A DNA stretch of 64,000 nt from an uncultured Planctomycetales bacterium (GTDB lineage Bacteria > Omnitrophota > Gorgyraeia > Gygaellales > Profunditerraquicolaceae). A program made the translations under genes and the position numbers. The notes beneath the pieces are model-generated. The model saw only the letters and a list, made by a program, of their open reading frames with translations. It did no database searches and was not told where the DNA came from. This document shows, in pieces, positions 51,440 to 61,087 of the stretch. Every line of letters begins with the position of its first letter. Position 1 is the stretch's first letter. The stretch lies in assembly GCA_964427405.1 (NCBI GenBank), contig CAYRUB010000006.1:15558-79557 (forward strand), written 5' to 3'.

Positions 51440-51495
51440 AGAGGGGGCTTCCCCTTGTCCAATATTACTGCCCGGCTTAAGAAGGAATGCCTAGT
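51440..51495 (+). repeat. att-like site (family member d, tandem to c)
   Basis: agagggggcttccccttgtccaatattactgccc..ctta..ggaatgcct; close match to 60678. Confidence 0.7.
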
Positions 51496-51639
51496 GGCAT
51501 AGAAACGCGTTGACAAATCAAATAGTTATGATAAATTAACGTCGTAAGTAGATTAAATCGTCCCGAGTTGTGAAGGGGTAAATCCCGGACGTTAAAAAAA
51601 TAAAACCTTCGTTGGGCTTAATACTCGGCGGAGGTTTTT
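51480..51639 (+). promoter_or_regulatory. Promoter + structured leader + terminator-like hairpin, copy 1
   Basis: TTGACA and TGnTAAATT; 120 bp identical to 52987-53106. Confidence 0.75.
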
Positions 51640-51654
51640 ATCTTTTCTAAACAA

Positions 51655-52878
51655 ATGAATATCGGCAATAAATATGAAGATAAATTGGCCGCGTTAGTTG
51701 CTGACCCCTTGCTCATTGATTATGTGCATTTGAGGCCGAAATATAAAAAAGCACTTATTTTGCGCGAATTATGTGATGTTCTTATAGAGTATCAGCCATT
51801 GGCGATCCCTATTCAATTGAAAGTGCAAGGCGTATTAAGGAAAAATTCGGATGATTGGCTAAAAAAAGAGACTGCTAACGCTACAAAACAAATTTTGGGG
51901 GCATTAAGAAGCTTAAATCTTAATCGTGTTGTTATTGAAAATCCTAGGACCGGTATAATTGAATTTCCCCCTAAAACATTAAAGGCAAAACATGGAATAA
52001 TTATTTTGGATTATAAGGGAGATCCTAGTGTTTTGTCGGCAGCTTGTCTTCGTAGAACAAAAGATAAAATACTGCTGCATTATCTAACGTTAGATGATTT
52101 TTCAATACTCTGCCAACATTTAATGACACTACCCGATTTAATGGATTATTTGGATAAAAGGGGAGAGATTCCAGAATGGGCCTTGCCACGTTTGAACGAT
52201 GAGCGCAATGTCTATGCTTACTACCTCACCCATGATAATTATTTCGGTCCTACGGTAAAAATAAACGATTTTGTTGGCGAGTGGGATAGGTTAACTCAAA
52301 AACATGCTAAAGAATATAAAGAAAAGCTTGAGGAGGATAACCAGGCAGAATTATTTAATTTACTTCTCAAACAAATCCACAAAGAAGATCCCGATCAATC
52401 TACTTATTCACCAGATTTTATTCAAAGAGATTCTGAAAGAGAACGTATTTTGAGAAAAGAAGTTACTAGAAAGCTTAGTAGCATAAGACGTCTTTATCGA
52501 AGAGAAATATCAAAGACATTGATAGAAAAATGTCAGAAAGCAAGCACAAGCGAGAAAGGGTTTAACTATTTTTGTTTTATGCCAGAGGGAGATAATACCG
52601 CATATGTCTTTTTGTCTTCTAGACACCCAAGAAAAGAACGCATTACTCAACTTTGTGCAATAGTAAATTGCGTGCTTAATATTCAAGATGTGGATTATGT
52701 CTTGGGTGTAGCTACAGAGAATTTAGGAGTAAAAGGCAGATCAACTGACTTTATAATGATTGACAAAACCATGAAGGATTGCGATCCAAAGGCGATTGAA
52801 GAAAGTAAGCGAATATTTAAAAATATGGAATATCGGCATATATATGATTTTCCTGCAAACAAACAAATTATTATCTAG
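51655..52878 (+). CDS. Hypothetical protein with N-terminal PD-(D/E)xK/NERD-like motif
   Basis: ELCDVLI..IQLK..ATKQ pattern. Confidence 0.55.
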   Translation: MNIGNKYEDKLAALVADPLLIDYVHLRPKYKKALILRELCDVLIEYQPLAIPIQLKVQGVLRKNSDDWLKKETANATKQILGALRSLNLNRVVIENPRTGIIEFPPKTLKAKHGIIILDYKGDPSVLSAACLRRTKDKILLHYLTLDDFSILCQHLMTLPDLMDYLDKRGEIPEWALPRLNDERNVYAYYLTHDNYFGPTVKINDFVGEWDRLTQKHAKEYKEKLEEDNQAELFNLLLKQIHKEDPDQSTYSPDFIQRDSERERILRKEVTRKLSSIRRLYRREISKTLIEKCQKASTSEKGFNYFCFMPEGDNTAYVFLSSRHPRKERITQLCAIVNCVLNIQDVDYVLGVATENLGVKGRSTDFIMIDKTMKDCDPKAIEESKRIFKNMEYRHIYDFPANKQIII

Positions 52879-52986
52879 CATAGGGTTTTAGAAGAAGTGC
52901 CCATCTTTTATGATAAACAAACGAATAGCAAAAGGATTGACCTACGGCATTCCCATAGGGACGCAGTAATATCATTCTTGGGATTG

Positions 52987-53148
52987 AGAAGGAATGCCTA
53001 GTGGCATAGAAACGCGTTGACAAATCAAATAGTTATGATAAATTAACGTCGTAAGTAGATTAAATCGTCCCGAGTTGTGAAGGGGTAAATCCCGGACGTT
53101 AAAAAAGTAAAACCTTCGTTGGCCGTAATGTGGCCGGCGGGGGTTTTT
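52987..53148 (+). promoter_or_regulatory. Promoter + structured leader + terminator-like hairpin, copy 2
   Basis: Direct repeat of 51480-51639 with a diverged but still paired 3' hairpin. Confidence 0.75.
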
Positions 53149-53181
53149 GTTTTTAAGTTGTTTATATAATTTATAAAGAAT

Positions 53182-54426
53182 ATGTCAGATTACAGAAGAA
53201 ATCACTATGTTCCTGATAGATTTCAGCGTCGTTTTTTGCTAAATGACGGGAAAGAGAAGAAGTTTTTCTACCTGGATCTATCTCCTGAAACTGCCTACTC
53301 AAATAAAAGACAGTATGTTCGTAAGTTTTTACATCGATGGGGTCCTCCTAGTTGTTTCTGCGAAGACGATTTGTATACGACTAAGTTTGGCGACTGGGAG
53401 TCAACTGAGATAGAAGAAAGGTTTTTTGGAAAGGTTGATTCTTACGCTCCTTCGGCCATTGAATATTTCGCAAATTTCCAGCATCCTAGTGTTGATGGCA
53501 AGGCGTTTAATAATTTAGTTTCATATATGAGTATACAAAAGTTACGTACGCCTAAGGGGTTAGCTTATTTATCTGAAATATTGCCTAGGTTAGATAAAAA
53601 TCTCATATTGCTTAAGATGCAAGAATTAAGAAATATTTTTTGTGCTTTGTGGACAGAAAGCATATGGAGTATTGTTGATGCTACTAAGGCAGATACAAAG
53701 TTTATTCTTTCTGACCAACCTGTAACGGTATATAACAAGACTTGTTTACCCAATTCGAAGTGGTGTCTTGGTCACCGGGACCCTGACATAGCTCTTTCCG
53801 GTACGCATACATTATTTCCACTAAGCTTAGATAAAGCCCTTATACTTACAAACTTATCTTGGGTACGTAATCCATATGGTCACCCAAGGAAGCCCAGACC
53901 GAATTTTGATCCTTTTAGAGATACAATTTTTAACTTTCTTCACATACAAACAGGTCGATTCCTCACTGATGTAGAGGTAAATGAAATTAATTATGTGATA
54001 AAAACGAGGGCTTACAGGTATATTGCAGCCGCTAAAAAAGAGTGGCTTTATCCAGAGAATAAAATTCCCTCTCAACGTTGGGAAGAGTTAGGGCAGGGAT
54101 ATTTGTTTATGCCAGATCCTCGTTCCGTTACTTTCTCATCAAAAATATTAATCGGTTATGATAATAAAAAAGCAGATGCTTTTGATGAATACGGGAGAAA
54201 ACCCTGGCATCCAGATTATGATAATAAGCCTGAGCGTGATAAAGAATGGGACACATTTCATGCTTTTCAGGGTGAATTTGCACGGGTTTTCGGTCCAAAA
54301 AGGCGCGGTAGGTCTTTTGAGCTAGGAGAATTAAGTAAAGAGGAAGATTCTCCAGATTATCATGCATATCATCTGGGGCTCGAAAAGCATTATAAGCAAA
54401 AGATTACCGGAGAATCCGGTTCTTAA
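53182..54426 (+). CDS. DUF4238 domain protein
   Basis: HYVP, DLY, IEERFF, FILSDQPV, FPLS. Confidence 0.75.
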   Translation: MSDYRRNHYVPDRFQRRFLLNDGKEKKFFYLDLSPETAYSNKRQYVRKFLHRWGPPSCFCEDDLYTTKFGDWESTEIEERFFGKVDSYAPSAIEYFANFQHPSVDGKAFNNLVSYMSIQKLRTPKGLAYLSEILPRLDKNLILLKMQELRNIFCALWTESIWSIVDATKADTKFILSDQPVTVYNKTCLPNSKWCLGHRDPDIALSGTHTLFPLSLDKALILTNLSWVRNPYGHPRKPRPNFDPFRDTIFNFLHIQTGRFLTDVEVNEINYVIKTRAYRYIAAAKKEWLYPENKIPSQRWEELGQGYLFMPDPRSVTFSSKILIGYDNKKADAFDEYGRKPWHPDYDNKPERDKEWDTFHAFQGEFARVFGPKRRGRSFELGELSKEEDSPDYHAYHLGLEKHYKQKITGESGS

Positions 54427-54430
54427 TAGA

Positions 54431-55204
54431 ATGAAAAACAGCTTAAATCTTCATCCGCTGGTAGAAGGAACAAGAAAAAGTATCGGTGCCAAACCCTATT
54501 TAGACAAGGGCTGTATTATTGGCAGGTACTCTGGCCTTGACATTCGTGTTAGTCTCAATAGCCTGGATCGAGCACTAAGTATTATGGATACTTTATTCAA
54601 GGCTTTTGAGAAGAAAGGGATTGTGGTCGGTATCAAGAAGGATGACTATAAATACATAACAAGCGTGAATGTTTTTGGAGAAACTTTCGCTATTGATATG
54701 TATGAGAAGATTAATAATATTAAGAAAGGCCAGGATCAGTATGGCTACAATCAGTATGACTATATTCCTAACGGAAACCTAGTTCTACGAATTAAAGATA
54801 CGCCTTATGGCGTTCGCAGTGAATGGAAAGATGGTGAAAGAAAAAAACTAGAGGCGTGTTTAGATAGTTTCATTAATGGACTAATTTTAGCGGCAGAAAA
54901 GCAGAAAGCAAACAGACTTAAAAGAGAGCAAGAAAAACGTGAATGGGAAGAGAATGAGCGTAGAGGAGAAGAAGAACAGAAAATAAGGCAACAGGAACAA
55001 GCGCTTATTGATATGTTGGAAAAAGAAGCAATGGGGTGGCATAAAAGCAAGATAATCCGGTCTTATATTGAAGCCGCCACTACTGCGCATATCCAAAAGA
55101 ATGGCAAGGTTGAGTCTGGAAGCGAATTTGATAAATGGAAAACATGGGCTGGCCAACAGGCAGACCGATTAGATCCTTTAAAAGAAATGTTTGTTAATTC
55201 TTAG
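54431..55204 (+). CDS. Hypothetical protein with coiled coil (possibly 5'-truncated)
   Basis: RALSIMDTL, WKDG..KLE, WAGQQADRLDPL; start uncertain. Confidence 0.55.
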   Translation: MKNSLNLHPLVEGTRKSIGAKPYLDKGCIIGRYSGLDIRVSLNSLDRALSIMDTLFKAFEKKGIVVGIKKDDYKYITSVNVFGETFAIDMYEKINNIKKGQDQYGYNQYDYIPNGNLVLRIKDTPYGVRSEWKDGERKKLEACLDSFINGLILAAEKQKANRLKREQEKREWEENERRGEEEQKIRQQEQALIDMLEKEAMGWHKSKIIRSYIEAATTAHIQKNGKVESGSEFDKWKTWAGQQADRLDPLKEMFVNS

Positions 55205-55209
55205 GGGGC

Positions 55210-55944
55210 ATGGTGGAAGGTGTATGTAGATTTTGTGGCCAGAGTAAAAAACTGATAAAAGCTCATGTTGTTCCTGAGAAGTTTTTCAGTTTAGACGTGC
55301 AAAATCCTCTTCTTATGATTGCCGCTGATAAGCCTTATGAAACTAGATGTCCTATAGGAATATATGATGAAAATATTCTTTGTGCGGATTGCGACAATAA
55401 ATTAGGGGTTTATGACGAGGAAGCACAAAAGCTATTTTTGACAAATATAGGCATCTACAAACATAAAGATAAGGATTTGCATGAAATACCTCCAAGCGCA
55501 TATAACTATGAAAAGCTAAGATTATTTTTTATTTCATTGATTTGGAGAGCTTCCATTTCTTCAATGAATGCTTTCAGAAATGTGAGCCTAGGGCAAAAGT
55601 TCGAAAAGATGGCATTAGATATATTAAAGGATCCAGCATTAGACAGAGAAGATCTATTTTCTGTACTCATATTTAAACTTAAAGAGAATCCAGATATTCC
55701 TTTAGAAAAAGTTTATATTGAACCGTGGTCTTTCCGCTGTGAAGGAGCCAGGATGTATTCTTTTGTATTCGCGGGCTATAATATTCATATAAAAGTAGAT
55801 AAGCGCAAATTAAACCAACCGATTGCAGATTTCTTTTTGAAATCAAATAGCAACTTATTTATATTATCTCAGAATTCAGAACAAGCACTATCCCTTATGG
55901 CTAGAATTACTACTCAACACAACCAACTGAAATCGAATAATTGA
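55210..55944 (+). CDS. HNH-like zinc-binding protein
   Basis: CRFC..AHVVP..LCADCDN. Confidence 0.6.
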   Translation: MVEGVCRFCGQSKKLIKAHVVPEKFFSLDVQNPLLMIAADKPYETRCPIGIYDENILCADCDNKLGVYDEEAQKLFLTNIGIYKHKDKDLHEIPPSAYNYEKLRLFFISLIWRASISSMNAFRNVSLGQKFEKMALDILKDPALDREDLFSVLIFKLKENPDIPLEKVYIEPWSFRCEGARMYSFVFAGYNIHIKVDKRKLNQPIADFFLKSNSNLFILSQNSEQALSLMARITTQHNQLKSNN

Positions 55945-55964
55945 TTTAAAGATGTTTATTCTTC

Positions 55965-56178
55965 AATGTCCGGGTCGAGAGAGGCGGACATTCGTATCTC
56001 TTAATGCCTCAAGAAGTTAGATAATTTCTGGTCAGAAAATACCGGACAAATAGGACAAAATTAGCGAGGAATTACCTCTCTAAATCCAGAATATTCTTGA
56101 TATATTGAGGTATTGCGCATATAATTAGGCTAATAAATTCAGAGAGGTTTCTACTCTGCTCATGAGAGTGGGACCCCA
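55965..56178 (+). repeat. ~200-bp repeat, copy 1 (ends in att-like member e at 56141)
   Basis: atgtcc..ggacat, ccggacaa, ctctaaa.ccagaatattcttgatatatt, agagaggtttc. Confidence 0.85.
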
Positions 56179-56269
56179 TATTTTCCTACGCAATAAGCTA
56201 CAAAAAATCCTCGATGGGGTAACTTGTCGAGGATTTTTATCTTGGGGTTGCTAATGATAGTGGTACAAT

Positions 56270-57322
56270 ATGTCTTTGGAGATATCTAGCATGCAAAAAA
56301 CAAAGATGCCGGGGAATAGAATTTACCCCTACTTAATAAGCGTAGGGTTTGTTTTAATCATGACTTTTTTGGGTGAGTTTGTTAAAAGAAAGCTTGAGCC
56401 GACAAATATCGTGATGTTTTATCTTTTGGCTGTAGTAATAGTTGCCATTCGTTGGGGGCAGGGGCCAGCGATCGTAACCTCAATATTGAGTGTTCTGGCT
56501 TTTGATTTCTTTTTAGTTCCGCCATATCTCACCCTTAATGTTCATGATTTTGAGTATCTTTTTACCTTTGGGGCTTTTCTGGTAGTTGGTCTTATTGTGA
56601 GTACGCTTACTTCAAAAGTAAGAGCACAAATTATCCAACGCCAGACTGAGAAACTTCATTGCGCGCTTTTGAACTCAATTTCCCATGATTTAAAAACACC
56701 GCTTGTATCGATCACTGGGGCATTGAGCACTATTTTGGATAATACATCAAAGCTTAGCCAACAGCAAAAGAATGGGCTTTTGGAAACGGCCCGCGGTGAA
56801 TCTGAAAGATTGAATCACATAGTAAATAATATTCTGGATATGACTAGGACAGAATCCGGCGTATTACGGATTTCTAAAAAGCCATGTGATTTAAGGGATT
56901 TTATAGGAGCTTGTTTTGAACAGCTAAAAGATAAGATAGGCAGTCGAAACATAAAAATAAATATTCCAAAGGAGATGCCTGAAGTAAACGTAGATTTTCC
57001 GTGTATGCTCAAGGCGTTCTTAAATGTTATTGATAATGCTTTAAAGTATTCCCCTGATGGTTCGGAGATTGAAATCGGAGCTTCTTGTATCGACGGAAAG
57101 GCGCGTATTTTTGTGCAAGATTATGGTTATGGAATTCCCAAGGAAGACTTGGGACGTATTTTTAACAAGTTCTACCGGGTCCAGTGCGCTCAAAATATAT
57201 TGGGAACTGGTTTGGGATTAAGTATTTCAAAAAATATTATTGAGGCTCATGGCGGCTATATTAGCGCAGAAAGTGTTCTTGGTAAAGGTACCACGTTTAT
57301 TATAGAATTTCCGCTAGAGTAA
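56270..57322 (+). CDS. Short KdpD-like histidine kinase (DUF4118 TM + HisKA + HATPase)
   Basis: AFDFFLVPPY, ALLNSISHDLKTPL, NALKYSP, GTGLGL; no N-terminal KdpD/Usp or GAF domain. Confidence 0.88.
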   Translation: MSLEISSMQKTKMPGNRIYPYLISVGFVLIMTFLGEFVKRKLEPTNIVMFYLLAVVIVAIRWGQGPAIVTSILSVLAFDFFLVPPYLTLNVHDFEYLFTFGAFLVVGLIVSTLTSKVRAQIIQRQTEKLHCALLNSISHDLKTPLVSITGALSTILDNTSKLSQQQKNGLLETARGESERLNHIVNNILDMTRTESGVLRISKKPCDLRDFIGACFEQLKDKIGSRNIKINIPKEMPEVNVDFPCMLKAFLNVIDNALKYSPDGSEIEIGASCIDGKARIFVQDYGYGIPKEDLGRIFNKFYRVQCAQNILGTGLGLSISKNIIEAHGGYISAESVLGKGTTFIIEFPLE

Positions 57323-57329
57323 AAGTATA

Positions 57330-58031
57330 ATGGCAGAACAAAACAATTTAAGAATTCTGGTTGTTGACGATGAAAAATCCATACGTAGTTTTCTTAAGAC
57401 ATCTCTTTCGGCGCACGGTTACGTTGTTTTTGAAGCAGCAAAAGGTAAAGAAGCCCTAACAGAGTCGGTTAGTGTTCATCCGGATGTTATTATTCTTGAC
57501 TTAGGACTTCCTGATATGGATGGAAGAGAGGTCATTGCAAATATCCGTAAACGGACAAAAACCCCGATAATCATTTTATCAGTAAGGGATGATTCGCTGG
57601 AGAAGATCGCTGCGCTTGATGCCGGAGCGGATGACTATCTTACCAAACCTTTTTCTGTCGGAGAGTTGTTGGCCCGCTTGAAGGCGGTGATGAGGCGTCT
57701 TTTGCCTCTAGAAAAGGACCAAATCCTACGAACAGGCAAGCTTATGATGGATATTACTAGTCGTCGGGTTACTGTTGAAGATAACCAGATTGATTTATCT
57801 CCTACTGAATATGACACTCTCAAGCTTCTTCTTTTAAACTCTGGGAAGGTGCTTACTCATAAACAAATTCTGCGTGAAATTTGGGATAAAACAGAAGATT
57901 ATGAGGGTATTTTACATCTTTTACGCGTAACGATGAGTAATCTGCGCAGCAAAATTGAACCTAACCCGGATCGCCCTATGTACATTCTTACGGAGCCGGG
58001 CGTGGGCTACCGCATGAGGTCTGATGATTAA
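57330..58031 (+). CDS. kdpE: KdpE-like response regulator
   Basis: LDLGLPDMDG, ALDAGADDY, GKVLTH, LRSKIE..ILTEPGVGYR. Confidence 0.85.
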   Translation: MAEQNNLRILVVDDEKSIRSFLKTSLSAHGYVVFEAAKGKEALTESVSVHPDVIILDLGLPDMDGREVIANIRKRTKTPIIILSVRDDSLEKIAALDAGADDYLTKPFSVGELLARLKAVMRRLLPLEKDQILRTGKLMMDITSRRVTVEDNQIDLSPTEYDTLKLLLLNSGKVLTHKQILREIWDKTEDYEGILHLLRVTMSNLRSKIEPNPDRPMYILTEPGVGYRMRSDD

Positions 58032-58166
58032 ATTCTCGTTTTGACCTTTTTTTGACTTGCCTTCCTTGCCCGTCAAGCGTATCGTAATCCAATAGAATAA
58101 ATACAAAAATAAGTTGATTTTACACAGTGCCAGAGTGTTTCATTCTCTGGTTTTTTGTTAAATATT

Positions 58167-58286
58167 ATGAAGAAAATAGCTATTTTTTATACTGTTACTC
58201 TAGGAATATTCTGGGAAGCGGTGTATGTAATGGTAATTATCGGCATAGGTTGGCTATTTGTATTAGCATTTCGGTATATACGATGA
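58167..58286 (+). CDS. 39-aa hydrophobic small protein coupled to trkH (not in ORF track)
   Basis: MKKIAIFYTVTLGIFWEAVYVMVIIGIGWLFVLAFRYIR*; stop overlaps the trkH ATG (ATGA). Confidence 0.55.
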   Translation: MKKIAIFYTVTLGIFWEAVYVMVIIGIGWLFVLAFRYIR

Positions 58287-59788
58287 TACTTAGACCTCAA
58301 GTAAATGATATTAAGAACATCGGTTATTATCTGGGAAGAATAATCCTCGGTATCGGCCTGACCATGTTTTTACCGTTTATTACGGGGCTGGTTTTATTTA
58401 GAGAGCCTAATCCTGCTTTGGATTTCTTGATCAGCGCTAATATTGCTATATTTATCGGTTTGGCTTTAAGTTGGCTGTGTAAAACAAATAAGGAGCTAAA
58501 TTCTGGTCAGGCAATGGTTGTTATTGCTCTTTCATGGCTGGCCGCGATGGCCCTTAGTGCTATCCCGTTATTATTAAGTGGTCACTATAAGTCATTTCTT
58601 GATGCTTGTTTTGAAACCATGTCGGGTTTTACCACCACTGGGCTGACTCTTGTGCAAGATTTGGATCACCTTTCCCAGAGCCATAATTTATGGCGTCATT
58701 TAGGGCCTTTTCTGGGAGGGCAGGGAATCGCTATTATTGCGATTTCATTCTTGGTCAAGGGCACCAGCGGGACATTTAATCTGTATCTTGGGGAAGGGCG
58801 TGATGAAAAATTAGTCCCTAATGTTATCAACACGGCGCGGTTTATTTGGGTGATTAGCATAGTGTACTTAATCCTAGGGACCATTGTGTTAGGTTTGGTA
58901 GGGATCTCTATTGGATTGAAACCTCAAAGCGCATTCTTTCACGGTGCCTGTATTTTTATGGCTGGATTTGATACCGCAGGTTTCTCCCCGCAATCACCAA
59001 ACATTCTTTATTATCACAGCCTGATCTATGAAATTGTTATAATTTTCTTTATGGTCATCGGCTCATTTAACTTTAATTTGCATTATCAAATCTGGAAGGG
59101 GAATTTTAAAGAAATTTGGAAGAATATCGAAACGCGGACTTTCTTGTTTGTGATTATGATTGTTACTTTGATTACCCTGGCTGGCTTGAGGCGCTTGGGT
59201 GTTTATTCGGATGGAATGATACTTTTTCGCAAGGGTTTTTTTCAACTTGTCTCCGGACAAACTACAACCGGTTATATGACAATATATGCTCAGCAGTTTA
59301 TTAAGGAGTGGGGAGATTTAGCGTTGAGCGGGATAATTCTTTCTATGGCGCTGGGAGGTTGCGCTTGTTCTACGGCAGGGGGAATTAAAATGTTACGCGT
59401 AGGAATTATCTATAAGGCATTCAGGCAGGATATAAAAGCAATGATGCTTTCGCCAAGTGCTATCGTGGTGCAGAAATTTCATCATATAAAAACGATGTTT
59501 ATTGAAGATAAGCAGGTACGAGCAGTTTTGATTGTTACCTTAGGGTATCTTTTTCTTTACGGATTAGGTACTTTAGTAGGGGTAGGATTGGGATATCCTT
59601 TTTTGGAATCTCTCTTTGAGTCAACTTCTGCGGCTGCCAATGTTGGGCTTTCCTGTGGGATAACTGATACAAGTATGCCGGCAATATTAAAAGTGACCTA
59701 TATAATAGAAATGTGGGCAGGAAGACTGGAGTTAATGTCGGTTTTTGCGTTATTTGGTTTTTTTGTAGCGTATGTGAAAGGTAGATAA
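58283..59788 (+). CDS. trkH: TrkH family potassium uptake protein
   Basis: FETMSGFTTTG, TAGF, TTTGY, STAGGIK, NVGLS, GRLE; start placed at MILRP. Confidence 0.9.
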   Translation: MILRPQVNDIKNIGYYLGRIILGIGLTMFLPFITGLVLFREPNPALDFLISANIAIFIGLALSWLCKTNKELNSGQAMVVIALSWLAAMALSAIPLLLSGHYKSFLDACFETMSGFTTTGLTLVQDLDHLSQSHNLWRHLGPFLGGQGIAIIAISFLVKGTSGTFNLYLGEGRDEKLVPNVINTARFIWVISIVYLILGTIVLGLVGISIGLKPQSAFFHGACIFMAGFDTAGFSPQSPNILYYHSLIYEIVIIFFMVIGSFNFNLHYQIWKGNFKEIWKNIETRTFLFVIMIVTLITLAGLRRLGVYSDGMILFRKGFFQLVSGQTTTGYMTIYAQQFIKEWGDLALSGIILSMALGGCACSTAGGIKMLRVGIIYKAFRQDIKAMMLSPSAIVVQKFHHIKTMFIEDKQVRAVLIVTLGYLFLYGLGTLVGVGLGYPFLESLFESTSAAANVGLSCGITDTSMPAILKVTYIIEMWAGRLELMSVFALFGFFVAYVKGR

Positions 59789-59790
59789 AA

Positions 59791-60276
59791 GTGAGAAGTT
59801 TTTTCTTATTATTGGTGTTGTGCTTGGTGCCGACTGTTTCTAGTTCTAACTGCTATGCTCAGACACCCACGAGTTTAGAATTGATAAACAATGCCAAACA
59901 GTATGACGGTAAAACTGTTAACTATAGAGGAGAGGTCATAGGAGAAGTAATGGTCCGCGGAGAGTTCGCTTGGCTACATGTGAATGATGGTATTATTGCA
60001 ATCGGTATTTGGGTTCCAAAGACAATGGTTCAAGATATTCTCTATGCCGGGAATTATCATAAAAAAGGAGATATCGTAGAAGTTTTCGGGACGTTTCATC
60101 GAAGCTGTTTGGAGCATGGGGGAGATTTAGATATTCATGCCTCTGAAATAAATAAAATAACTCCGGGAAGTTTGGTTATTCAGCCCATCAGTAGAAAGAA
60201 AGTTTATATCGGAGTCTCGTCTTTAGTACTCGTTTTGTTATTCTATGCATTAAAGAAATTTTTTCAGCGCAGATAA
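59791..60276 (+). CDS. Exported OB-fold-like membrane-anchored protein
   Basis: Signal peptide; YDGKTV..GEVIG, GDIVEV.G.F; C-terminal TM. Confidence 0.6.
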   Translation: MRSFFLLLVLCLVPTVSSSNCYAQTPTSLELINNAKQYDGKTVNYRGEVIGEVMVRGEFAWLHVNDGIIAIGIWVPKTMVQDILYAGNYHKKGDIVEVFGTFHRSCLEHGGDLDIHASEINKITPGSLVIQPISRKKVYIGVSSLVLVLLFYALKKFFQRR

Positions 60277-60300
60277 CGTTAATATCTGGATTTAATTATA

Positions 60301-60513
60301 AATGTCGTCACTCAAGGGCGGACATTTTGTATTCATTTGTCTCTCTGATAGTTGCGTCATTTCTAGCCAAAAAATACCGGACAAAACGGACAAGTTGGCG
60401 AGGAATAGCCTTCTCTAAAACCAGAATATTCTTGATATATTAAGGTATTACGCATATAATTAGGCTAATAATTTTAGAGAGGTTTCCCTTTGTGGAATAC
60501 GAGAGGGACCCCA
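60301..60513 (+). repeat. ~200-bp repeat, copy 2 (ends in att-like member f at 60476)
   Basis: Colinear with 55965-56178. Confidence 0.85.
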
Positions 60514-60579
60514 GTAATATCATTCTCCTCGCTGTATTGGAGAGTTTAAGGCCTATGATCGCAATAGCGGTTGTAGGCC

Positions 60580-60615
60580 TTTTTATCTGGCGATGTCCGT
60601 AGGGCTTAGGACATT
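60580..60615 (+). repeat. 36-bp direct repeat, copy 2
   Basis: tttttatctggcgatgtccgtagggcttaggacatt, directly after a terminator hairpin. Confidence 0.7.
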
Positions 60616-60677
60616 GTATTTATTAGCCATATATCGAAACCTTCCGCACTACATCAAATTCATCTATATCTGTAAAC

Positions 60678-60731
60678 GGAGAGGTCTTCCACTTGTCGAA
60701 TATTACTGCCCTCCTTACCTGGGATACTTCT
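60678..60731 (+). repeat. att-like site (family member g)
   Basis: ggagaggtcttccacttgtcgaatattactgccctccttacctgggatacttct. Confidence 0.7.
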
Positions 60732-60790
60732 TGACAAAAAAAGTGTTTTATTATATTATTAGCATATGCCAATAACTAAAAGGAAACTAT

Positions 60791-61087
60791 ATGACTAGAC
60801 CTTGTAGATGTAGAAGAATAAGATGTAGTCCTGACACGAATTACTTTAAGCCTCGGGGCATCCCTTTGGATATGCTTGAAGAGGTTAATCTTACCCTGGA
60901 TGAATTAGAGGCGGTTAGGCTTGCGGATTTAGAAGGTTTATATCAGGAGGATGGTGCTAGGAAAATGGATATTTCCCGGCAGACATTTGGTAATATCATA
61001 AATTCAGCTCACAGGAAAATAGCGGATGTTCTTTTAAACGCTAAAGCATTAAAGATAGAAGGCGGAAAGGTTAAAAAGGTAGGCTAA
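60791..61087 (+). CDS. DUF134 domain DNA-binding protein
   Basis: RP..CRRI, FKPRG, DELEAVRLAD, MDISRQTF, IEGG. Confidence 0.9.
   Translation: MTRPCRCRRIRCSPDTNYFKPRGIPLDMLEEVNLTLDELEAVRLADLEGLYQEDGARKMDISRQTFGNIINSAHRKIADVLLNAKALKIEGGKVKKVG

Larger units (their letters stand above)
24874..60615. mobile_element. tRNA-His-associated genomic island with large serine recombinase (related repeats continue to about 63.2 kb; right end uncertain)
   Basis: Abrupt switch from housekeeping to recombinase/defence/terminase genes; 36-bp imperfect direct repeat at 24874 and 60580. Confidence 0.75.

Noticed and set aside
58127-58282. Long N-terminal extension of TrkH
   Set aside because: Not TrkH-like; the region is better explained by a small upstream ORF in another frame
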